A stretch of DNA of 64,000 bases from Thecamonas trahens ATCC 50062. Its lineage: Eukaryota > Protista > Apusomonadida. Below the pieces are notes generated by a model, which did no database searches, was not told the DNA's origin, and saw only the letters and a program-made list of their open reading frames with translations. Position numbers and translations under genes: made by a program. Positions 21,549 to 31,279 of this stretch are shown here, one piece after another (within the stretch, counting starts at the first letter, position 1; every line of letters begins with the position of its first letter). The stretch lies in contig NW_013657650.1 in NCBI RefSeq assembly GCF_000142905.1, positions 66,279-130,278 on the forward strand, given 5' to 3'.

Positions 21549-21695
21549 CATGGTAGCCCACGTGTTTCCATTCGAGTCGGATGACGTTCCAATGAAAGAA
21601 ACCGCCACAAAACTGGGCGCCGTTTTCGTGTGTCACGCTGCGCAACAGAGCAAGCAAGATCAACAACAGCACACGCGCGCGCCTGGTTCTTGATC

Positions 21696-22619
21696 ATGTC
21701 GGCATCAAGCAGTATTTCACGCGGAAGGGGTCGAAACCGCGGCAAGGGCAAGCCGGCCGCCGGTGGCAACAACCGCGAGTCGCGGAGGACCCTGGGTCGT
21801 GAGACGGTGGACATTGCCAACTCCGGCATGTGCGGTACGGTGGAGATTGGGCATCTTGTCGAGGCGGCACGAAGCGGACGGGTCGAGTACGGGCCCAAGG
21901 ACGACGTGGTGAGCGAGTGGGATGCGATCCGCGGCGAGGCGGCGGAAGTGGAGACGGTGTTCGAGGTCACGCCCGAGAGCTCGATGAAGGCGGCTCGGCG
22001 GCTGGACGCCGCAGCGCCGGGCCAGGTGGCGGTCCTCTCGTTTGCATCGGCCAAGAACCCGGGAGGCGGGGTGCTCAAGGGATCCAAGGCGCAAGAAGAG
22101 GACTTGTGCCGGGCGTCTGCGCTGTACAAGTGCCTGCTGGGCGCGCCCGGTTACGCGGCAAACAAGGCCAATGACCGCCGCGGCCTCTACACCGACCACG
22201 CACTTTACGTTCCGCAGGTCCCAGTCTTCCGGTACCCGAACGGGAGGCTCATCGCTAGCAGCTCCGAGCTCAAGGTAATGTCGTTTGTCTCGAGCGCAGC
22301 GCCAAATCGCGGGCGGCTGGGCAAGAACCGGAGTGGCGAGTGCAAGGCGGCGCTTGTGAGAAGGATTGAGCGGGCGCTGGCCATGATGGCCGTCCATGGG
22401 CACAGGCACATTGTGCTTGGCGCGTTTGGGTGCGGAGTGTTCAAGAACCCAGCTGACGAGGTGGCTGCTGTGTTTGCAGACGTGCTGCGCTCGCCGCGGT
22501 TTGCCGGAGTTTTTGAACTCGTCGTCTTTGCGGTTCTGTGCAACAGCACAGGGCGGCCGACGGCCAACTTTCGGGCGTTTGCGGCCAAGTTTGCAGCCGA
22601 GGGCGGCGCGAGCGACTAG
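21696..22619 (+). CDS. Microbial-type poly(ADP-ribose) glycohydrolase (TIGR02452/DUF2263 macrodomain family)
   Basis: LSFASAKNPGGGVLKGSKAQEEDLCRAS carries the PARG GGG-x(n)-QEE signature. Also VLGAFGCGVFKNP and VPVFR. Intronless. Confidence 0.9.
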   Translation: MSASSSISRGRGRNRGKGKPAAGGNNRESRRTLGRETVDIANSGMCGTVEIGHLVEAARSGRVEYGPKDDVVSEWDAIRGEAAEVETVFEVTPESSMKAARRLDAAAPGQVAVLSFASAKNPGGGVLKGSKAQEEDLCRASALYKCLLGAPGYAANKANDRRGLYTDHALYVPQVPVFRYPNGRLIASSSELKVMSFVSSAAPNRGRLGKNRSGECKAALVRRIERALAMMAVHGHRHIVLGAFGCGVFKNPADEVAAVFADVLRSPRFAGVFELVVFAVLCNSTGRPTANFRAFAAKFAAEGGASD

Positions 22620-23574
22620 TAGCCAAGCGCGCGCGAGAGGAGGCCGAGGACGCCGCCAAAGACATTGCCCCAGACAATGAGCCAGCCGAGATGCTCACGA
22701 ATGACGTCCTCGATGAGGCGCTTGACGGCATCGGGTGTGAGCTCCTGGAGCTTGACGTCCATCATCTGCTCAACCTCTTCGCGCATGGTGTCGACGTTGA
22801 GCATGGAGTTTGCGTCAAACATGTCCATCAGCAGTGGGGCCATGTCCGAACCCATGTCGAGAACAAAAGGCTTGATGATGGGCTTGAGCGAGGCCGGGTC
22901 GATGCCGAGCATGGCCAGCATCATGCCTTCGGGCGGGCGCCGAGATCACCGAGCTTGGAGTCGATGATGGCGTCGACCTGCGGCGACTCGAGCAGAGCCT
23001 GGATCTTGTCTTCGATGTTGATAGAGGCTGTTAACTGGCCGGCCTTTTGCTCGAGGTAGTTCTCGAGGAAGCGGCGCTCAAAGAAAGTCTTGAGAAACAT
23101 GTCCTTGATGGAGGCACGGATCTCGCGGAAGCGCTTGGGAATGACGCCCGAGCCCGGCAAGCCGCACACGTTGTCAAACAGCATCTTGACGGCGAGCCAG
23201 TTGGTGACGCCGCCGGCAAAGCCAAAGAGGCCAAAGGCGAGGATGTACTGGCCAAAGACGTTGGAGCCCGAGACAGCGTCCGGCGGACAGGTCACTTTTC
23301 TGCGATCGGGCACGCCGCCCGGGGTAGACGCCACGATGATGAGGCCGAGGATCATGGCCGAAAAGGTGGCCATGTTGGAGAGCGAGCCCTTGTTGGTGAA
23401 CCACCCAGCCAAGCGCTTGCCCCACGGCTCGGTTGGCCGTCTCGCCACCCCAAAGAAGTCGGTCTCGGCCTCTGCCGTCAGCCTCACGCCGCCTCTATGA
23501 CCCGATGACATAGTTGGCGAGAGCGGGCGCGACGGGCCGCCTCCACTCGATGACGATGATGACAGGAAGTCCAT
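22616..23574 (-). CDS. DUF445-family membrane protein (one frame break; 5' end uncertain next to a gap)
   Basis: FGLFGFAGGVTNWLAVKMLFD, GVIPKR and HLGWLIVWGNVFGGVLGL match the DUF445 N- and C-terminal motifs. Adding one C at 22931-22933 gives ARPEGMMLAML and joins the two ORFs. Confidence 0.8.
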
Positions 23575-24759
23575 TGATCTGCATGTGTGTGTGTGTGAGT
23601 GGGGGCAGGGAGGCAGGAGGTGGAGGGGGGGGGTGGGGCCGGAGGGAGGAGGGGGAGGGGGGAGGGGGGAGGNNNNNNNNNNNNNNNNNNNNNNNNNNNN
23701 NNNNNNNNNNNNNNNNNNNNNNNNNNNNNNNNNNNNNNNNNNNNNNNNNNNNNNNNNNNNNNNNNNNNNNNNNNNNNNNNNNNNNNNNNNNNNNNNNNNN
23801 NNNNNNNNNNNNNNNNNNNNNNNNNNNNNNNNNNNNNNNNNNNNNNNNNNNNNNNNNNNNNNNNNNNNNNNNNNNNNNNNNNNNNNNNNNNNNNNNNNNN
23901 NNNNNNNNNNNNNNNNNNNNNNNNNNNNNNNNNNNNNNNNNNNNNNNNNNNNNNNNNNNNNNNNNNNNNNNNNNNNNNNNNNNNNNNNNNNNNNNNNNNN
24001 NNNNNNNNNNNNNNNNNNNNNNNNNNNNNNNNNNNNNNNNNNNNNNNNNNNNNNNNNNNNNNNNNNNNNNNNNNNNNNNNNNNNNNNNNNNNNNNNNNNN
24101 NNNNNNNNNNNNNNNNNNNNNNNNNNNNNNNNNNNNNNNNNNNNNNNNNNNNNNNNNNNNNNNNNNNNNNNNNNNNNNNNNNNNNNNNNNNNNNNNNNNN
24201 NNNNNNNNNNNNNNNNNNNNNNNNNNNNNNNNNNNNNNNNNNNNNNNNNNNNNNNNNNNNNNNNNNNNNNNNNNNNNNNNNNNNNNNNNNNNNNNNNNNN
24301 NNNNCACACCCATGCTCCCATGCCCCTCCCCTACCCCCCTGCCCTCCCTTCCCCCTTCCTTCACATACAACAACGCCGGGTGGAAGAACCAGTATTATCA
24401 GATGCATGGATGATGCGCAACAGCAGTCGATCCGCTGCTGCAAAGCCATGGGGGGCTACGGGGAGGGCGGAGGGACAGGGACGGGGCCATCAAGGGGGAT
24501 ATGCCTGACTTCATGAACAATGGCCATGGAAAGGGGACGGAAGGAGGTGGCAGATAATCAATGGCCAACGTTCAATTAATCGATGGGTGTCGGCCGGGAC
24601 AGCCCGCCGCTTCCCGCTGACCTCACCGGATGAGAGTGAGCTCAGCAGCGTGCGGCAGTGTTCGCTGGCGGCAAGGGTGGGGAGGGGTAAGACTTGACCA
24701 ACAGCGACGTAAGTCGGTGGCACAGTGAGCAAGAGCGTGGACAGGTTAACGTCGTGGTA

Positions 24760-25716
24760 ATGCGGCTAGGATTGGCGTTTGCGGTGGTCGTCCTCCTGGC
24801 GGTGGTGGCTGTTGAGGTGGCCGAGGCCGGCAAGGACTACTACAAGATCCTTGGCATTCCGCGCGACTCGCCCGAGAGAGTCATCAAGAAGGCCTTCCGC
24901 GCAGCAGCACGCAAGCACCATCCGGATCGCTCCAAGCTGCCCAAGGAAAATGCCGAGGAGAAGTTCCGCGAGATCTCAAAGGCCTACGAGGTGCTGTCGG
25001 ATCCGGAGCTCCGCGAGGTGTACGATCGCCACGGCGAGGAGGGCATCGACCGGATGAACAATGGTGGATCGCCCGGCGGCGGTGGCGGCGGTGGTGGCGG
25101 CGGCTTTAACTTTGAGTTTGGCGGCGGCGGCTTCAACTTTGGTGACATGTTTGGCGGCGGGTTCGGCGGCGGCGGCGGCGGCGGCGGCATGCGCAAGCAG
25201 GAGGCTACAGTGGAGCTCTCGCTGCGAGAGATCTACAAGGGCGGCGACAAAAAGGTGTACGTCAATACCGGCAGCGGGCAAAAGGTGGTTATTCTCGATG
25301 TGCCGGCCGGCATCCGCGAGGGCGAGTCCATCGAGTCGCCCGACGGCCGCATTGTCTTTAACGTCAAGGAGAAGAAGCACCCGCGATTCGAGCGTGCTGG
25401 CGCCCATCTACACACCTCGGTCCCGATCACGCTTCACGACGCGCTGCTGGGTACTACGGTCACGCTGCGTCACATCGACGGCTCGGACCTCGAGTTCACC
25501 ATTCCGCCGGGCAAGGTTGTCTCGCCCAAGTCGAAGAAGACGTTCAAGAAAAAGGGCTTTCCCATTGTCGGCTCTCGGTCCGGCCGGCGCGGCAACCTCA
25601 TTGTCACCTTTGACATCGAGTTCCCGGCAGCAGACTCGATGACCGACGCGGATCGCGCGCTCTTTGCCTCGTCGTTTGGGGACTGGGTGTATGGGAGTAA
25701 GGGAAAGGGCAAGTAA
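24760..25716 (+). CDS. ER-type Hsp40 co-chaperone (ERdj3/DNAJB11-like)
   Basis: Signal peptide MRLGLAFAVVVLLAVVAVEVAEA, J-domain DYYKILG..HPD, a G/F-rich region and a DnaJ C-terminal domain (HPRFERAG..RGNLIV.F). Confidence 0.92.
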   Translation: MRLGLAFAVVVLLAVVAVEVAEAGKDYYKILGIPRDSPERVIKKAFRAAARKHHPDRSKLPKENAEEKFREISKAYEVLSDPELREVYDRHGEEGIDRMNNGGSPGGGGGGGGGGFNFEFGGGGFNFGDMFGGGFGGGGGGGGMRKQEATVELSLREIYKGGDKKVYVNTGSGQKVVILDVPAGIREGESIESPDGRIVFNVKEKKHPRFERAGAHLHTSVPITLHDALLGTTVTLRHIDGSDLEFTIPPGKVVSPKSKKTFKKKGFPIVGSRSGRRGNLIVTFDIEFPAADSMTDADRALFASSFGDWVYGSKGKGK

Positions 25717-25771
25717 AGAGGCGAAGGTGTGCATGTGACCGAGTCGGCAAGGTCGGCGGCAGGTCTTTACC

Positions 25772-27444
25772 TCAAGGAGCCTGGCGCTGAATGGTCTCCA
25801 TCGGCCGCGGGGCGGGAATGCCGAGGCGAGAAAAGTAGCTGCCGCGGATCTGGAGCGGCGAGCGATGAAGCTTGAGGGCCTCGGCTGACTTGCGGAGGCG
25901 GAGGCGGCGGTCAATGACGCCCGTGGCGAGGCCGACTTCGAGGCTGGAGCCCGTAAAGGAGATCGAGGGCGTGACTGAGAGGCGCGGCGTCGAGGTCCAG
26001 TCCGAGGTCGAGGCGGCATCGGCAATGGCGCGCGCCTGCGACTCGGTCTGCGGGAGGACGTCGGACGAAGCGTCGGTGTCGTCGTCGTCGAGCGCGACGT
26101 ACGTGCCGTTCCGCTTGGCCCGCCACTCGAGGACAGGACCGAGGAGCCGGTAGATGAAGAGGCCGGCCATGATGACGACGAGGCCGATGCCGTCGGTGGC
26201 CTTGACAGGCTTGTGGCCGGGCACAAACGGGAGTGCAAAGACAAAGCTCGAGATGGGCAGGACAATGGTCATGGCGAGCCAGAGCAGGTTGGCATTGCCG
26301 ACCTGCACCAGCGAGAGCATCATGACGTTCATGACCAGATTGCCGAGCAAGTAGCCGTTCACAAAAAAGGGGGCCTTTTCGCAGTCGTCCGCCTCGTAGT
26401 GCTCGTCGGCGTGGAGCACAGAGTTGTGCCCGCCCGAGCACCGAAGGCCGCGCCAAAAGTTGCGCGGGAGGTCCTTTGGCGGAATGTGTGAGGCGAGGCC
26501 GGCAAGAACGAGGCCAAACGGCGCCAGGGTAAACTGGAAGAGCGAAATCCACCCGTTCATGTACACCACATCCATGTCGGCGTCGCCAAGGGCCAGCTCC
26601 TTGAAGCAAGCGCTTAGCGCCATCGGCACGCACGAGAAGAGCATGACAATGACCCAGAGGACCGGCGCGCCTCCGGTGGGCTGGAGAAAGGTTGGAAGGA
26701 GGACAATCAAGAGTCCTGCGCCCACAACCGTCGCTCCGATGTAATGCCGCATCTTGTACTTGGCACCGAGCATGAGCTTGGAGATGATCATCGAGATGGG
26801 AATGGCCGCCTGCTGGAGGAGCACAATCAGCGCGCCCGACTCGATAAAGTTGGTGGCAAAGCCCTGTGCGATGCCAGCCATCGAGTCGAGCCCGCCCATG
26901 ACAGCAAACTTCCACTTGGGCACCGCCCACATCTCGGCTGTGATGGCCTTTCTGTTGAAGATGACGTAGAGAATGGTGAGCGGAATGTAGGCAAAGGTGA
27001 TGTACAGCGTGATGAACAGCGGATACCGCTGCATGTACAGCGTCGCGAGCTTGGCAAAGACCTTGTTGTACGACGCCGACAAGACCAACGAGAAGAAGAC
27101 AGAGAGGAGCGTCTTGGTGCTCGCCTTGGACGAAGCCTCTGCAACTCTTCTGTGAGTCCTCCCTCTCTTCCCATCCTCTCCCCCTTCCCCCACCCCCTCC
27201 CCCTTCCCCCTCTCCCTCCCCCCTCCCCAACTAGCATCATGTCCCTCGTGACATGCTCGCGGTGGCCACAGTGAAATCAGAGCAACCACACGAGGAGTCG
27301 AGGACCACCCCCTCCTCAGGGCCGGGTCACACGCATCGCCCTCCACCCTCACTCAACCGTACCAGCGGCACCGACCGAGTCTACGCTTGCCAGCAGCGGC
27401 TGAGCGTCGCTCATGCCGTTGCCATTGCCCACCTCTGTGGACAT
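25772..27444 (-). CDS. CRT-like (chloroquine-resistance-transporter family, DMT superfamily) transporter, 2 exons
   Basis: About 10 TM segments, with KWKFAVMGGLDS, LLQQAAIPISMIISK, SCVPMALSACFKE and NFWRGLRC..G. Exon 1 is 27444-27353; intron GTGAGG..CTCACAG spans 27352-27150 and is phase-compatible. Confidence 0.88.
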
Positions 27445-27731
27445 GGTGAGCGAGGTGTGGTACTCAAACTTGGTTGCCGCCGCTGGCGCTGGCCGTCGCC
27501 AGCCGCCAATCAATGGCGTGAGCCAACGCGCGACGGCGCGCGTGACTTGGGGACTCGCCCACCTCGCACGTGGCAACAGCCGAGCAGCCACAGGCTTCGC
27601 TGTGGCACATCATCCAAAATCGCCTTGTTTAAGCTTTCAAGACACTAACAACAGCATGCCACTGCTACCTGGCGACTACATATATGCAGTCGCCAGGTAG
27701 CTATGGTGGGCTGTTTCAACACTCGGACATT

Positions 27732-28626
27732 TCAGAGGACATACGCGAGAAGCGACGAGACCGCCCGGGTCACGGACGCGCTCTTCGACTTGGCAGCCGC
27801 CGCATCGCCGGCGAGGCCGAGCTCGGCACCTTCGCTGACCGAGTAGCACGTCGTCGGTGCGATAAAGGTGCCCGGCGCCACGGTGTCAGTCTGGAAGAGG
27901 AACGAGATGCGGCTGATGTTCTCGTTTGCCGTCAAGTTGTACGACGAGATGCCGAGGATCTGCGCGTTGTCCACCGAGGTATACACCGTTGTCGCGACGT
28001 CCTCCTCCGAGAAAAACCACTCGTACGTGTCCTGCCCGTACCACGAGGCAACGCCGATAAGCTTGGCATCCGCCAGCGGGGACTTCACCAGCGCACCGTC
28101 GGCCGGCTGCGAGTTGCACACGATGTTGTTGCCAGTCTCTGGCGAGGAAACCATCACCATCTCCATGCCCATGGTCGTGCCGTCCGAAGTATAGTTGGCA
28201 ATGTGCGACATGGTTAACGCCGTCGTTGAAAAATCCAGCCGGATCTGCAGCGTGTCCATATCCCAGTGCCTACATCAAAACCGTCAAGTGCCGCACCCAC
28301 CCCCGCAGCCACCCGTCCCGTCCCCACGTACGTCCGTGAGCACCACAGCCTTCCTCCCTCCCTAACCACAACCACACCCACACCCACAACCGATCACACC
28401 TCTACCTTTCCTCACCATCACACCACATGCTCTGTCCCGATGCGATTCCCCACCTGCTGTGCACGTACAAGTTGCCCACGCCCCCGGTGCTGCCAGCCAT
28501 CATCACAAGTGACGATGAGAACTGGCGCGGGAAGCTAGGCGGGACAGGCTTGCTGGCCGAGGCGAGAGCCGTCAGAGCAAGCAGTGCAGCAAGTGCAGGA
28601 ACACAGGTCTTCAAAGTAGGACTCAT
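27732..28626 (-). CDS. Secreted/lysosomal ependymin-related (EPDR-like) protein, 2 exons
   Basis: Signal peptide, then PPSFPRQFSS. The spliced junction reads GNLHWDMDTLQIRLDF and the C-terminal region has PGTFIAPTTC. Intron GTACGT..TGTAG spans 28468-28270 and is phase-compatible. Confidence 0.65.
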
Positions 28627-29398
28627 GTCCGTCTGCAAGAGAAGCGTGGTGTGACATGGAGACGTCCGTGTCTGTACAGGAGGCTTGGCTTTGACGCGCC
28701 GACTTCTTTTTTTCGCCCGCCCCTTCCACATGCCACACACGCACAAGTCAGTCGTAGTTGCATCGCATCCTCCCAGGCTGCCAGCACCAACCCATGCATG
28801 GTCAGCAAAGGCTCATCAGAGCATACTCCTTGCCGCTGTAAACAGGCACAGGCCCGAAGCCACTTCTTCTCTGCGCCCCCCCCCCCCCGAATCGGATAAC
28901 GCCAATACTGCCGTCACAGTAAAATCAATGCATCTTCAAACGGAACGGGCACCTTATTCGATCAGCAACCCGCAGACACTCGTCGGACCGCCTCCTCATT
29001 GATATCCAGATCGCTTTGTGTCGACTAGCACTCAGTTCGGTCTCCTGATGACTTCTATCCGTCTGAGAAAAATCCGGATTTGATTGAAGTTAGAGATGAG
29101 AGTCGTTAGGNNNNNNNNNNNNNNNNNNNNNNNNNNNNNNNNNNNNNNNNNNNNNNNNNNNNNNNNNNNNNNNNNNNNNNNNNNNNNNNNNNNNNNNNNN
29201 NNNNNNNNNNCTTTTTCATACCATTTTTTTCGCCGTTTCCAGCCGCGCGCGCGCGAACGCCCACTTTTCCGCCCATTCAGGCACCCGACCGTCAACAAGT
29301 ATTGATGGTTTGTTGATTACAAGCGAACAAGCAAGCAGCCACCTCGCTCTGTTCTTCTCCTCTTCGCCCTCCTCCACCACCACCACCACCACCAACCA

Positions 29399-29847
29399 TT
29401 GATAGTGTGGGGTAAGAGAGGAGACAGGATGAAGCCAAGCATGCGACCGAGCTTTACGGACACGTCCCCGACAACACACCTGCTTGTGCTGTTGCGAGAG
29501 AATGTTCGTCGGTGGTCTGCCACCGTCAATGGCTTTGGCCCTGCCGCCGGCCCACTCTCGTACGAGGAAGACACATACGCAAGTTCGACGCTCTCGCAAC
29601 TGCCGCACCTTGCTCTCCTCCCACGCCGCTCCCGGTCCACCTCACGACCAGAGCCTTCTTCTCCAACTCTTCCACTTGCTGACCCGCTTGCTCTCTCTCA
29701 GCCGCTCCAGCTTCCGCTCGCCCTTCCTGTCGCCTGCCCACTCCTCCCTCCTGGCCCGCACGCCTCGCCAGACCCCGCGCCGGCCGCCCATGTCGACTCC
29801 TCGCTACCCAGTCGAGACGAGGCCGAGGAGGAGGCTACTGCTGCCGC

Positions 29848-29887
<40 letters not shown>

Positions 29888-31048
29888 GCTGCTGCTGCCG
29901 CACACATGCATCTGTATTCTCTTGCCCACCACCCACACTTTCAGGCTCAAGCCCACGCTCAGCCTCCGGCCCACTCGTCGCCACAGCACCGCCAACAACA
30001 GCACGGACGCCAGTCGTCGGTCCCGCCACGCTCCAGGCCGTCGTGTGACGATGATCTGATCGACGAGCAGCTGACAGCGGCGCAAGAGCCATCCTCGCCA
30101 CCGCCGCGCCGCCCGCCGCCGCTCGTCCCGTTTGTCCGTTCGTCGTCGGTCTCAAAGCTGGACGGTCCAAACGCCCGCAGCTTGCATCGCGCCTCGCACT
30201 CGTCGTCCAACCTGGGCGCAAGCTACCGTGCCAGCGGAGCTGCGGGGAAGCGCGGTCGCCGCGCTGCCGGGTCTCGCGAGCACAAGCGCTCGTCGTCGTC
30301 AACCGGCAACGAGTCAACACACCCTGGGACCGGCCATCCCCCCTCGTCGCCATCTCCTGTGCACAAGCGCCGGCCAAAGCGCAAGGCCCGCCGTGCCTCG
30401 GTCACCGGCCTCCCGTCCGACACTCAAGGCCCGTTTCCGGCCGCCCCGCACTCGCACCTCCGGTCACCGCCGGTCCGCAACCGGCCGAGGCGTTCCCGCG
30501 CAGGCTCGGCGCCCAAGCCCATGGACCACCGCGATCGCCGCAACGGCCGCGACCATGCCGCGCGCCCGCACTCGCGTCCGTCCAAGCCGACCAAGCCGTC
30601 TAAGCTCGGTGCGCCATGCACGCCTGCCTTTGAGCGTGGCGACCTCCCGCCACTCGGCCATCCGGTCCTCGGCCTCCTCAACGATGGCTCGTGGCACGTC
30701 GGCGAGGTCGTTCTCCACCACGACTCCAAGCGCCGCGTCCTCATCGCCTTCTCGGACGGCGAGACCCGCAAGTGGCTCCCGCTCGAACGCATCATCCTCA
30801 CCCCGCCGCCCGCAGAGCAGGCTGCCTTCAAGGCTCGTTTCCTCGCAGAACGCGCTGCGGCAGAGGCCGCCGCCGTCGCCGCTGCGCCCGGCCCCGGCCT
30901 CGCTCCCGGCCCTCACGCCCGCCCGAGCCCTGCCTCACCTGCCCCCGACGGCTCGCTCCCGCACCAGCGCATCGTCTACGTTCCCTACCCAGTTCCGGTC
31001 CCGGTCCTCGTCCCTTTTCACCCCGTCCCTTCTCATCCAGCTCAGTAG
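29399..31048 (+). CDS. Hypothetical low-complexity protein with poly-Ala tract and a Tudor-like domain
   Basis: 549-aa ORF with a (GCT)n run at about 29838-29900. LGHPVLGLLNDGSWHVGEVV..VLIAFSDGETRKWLPLERI resembles a Tudor barrel. The start is uncertain. Confidence 0.6.
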
Positions 31049-31279
31049 CATGGCGCGGTCGTCCGGCTGCACTCTCTTGTGCGGCTTATCATGAACAGGA
31101 TTGCGTCGGCATTGTGCACCCATAAAGAGCCACATGCTAAACACCTCGATGTGCGGCGGCTGATCGTCCCCGAAACAAACACAGCTTGCCCGCGTCGCAG
31201 CGGCCTTCAGCGGAGCCGCTCGCCGCCAACCTATCTGCGCGAGCTGCGGCAAGACTCGACTCGATCCGGATCACGCGAC

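Noticed and set aside
23484-24516. ORFs spanning N-runs (also at 35-36 kb, 49 kb and 53.5-54.1 kb)
   Set aside because: They are artefacts of translating through assembly gaps.
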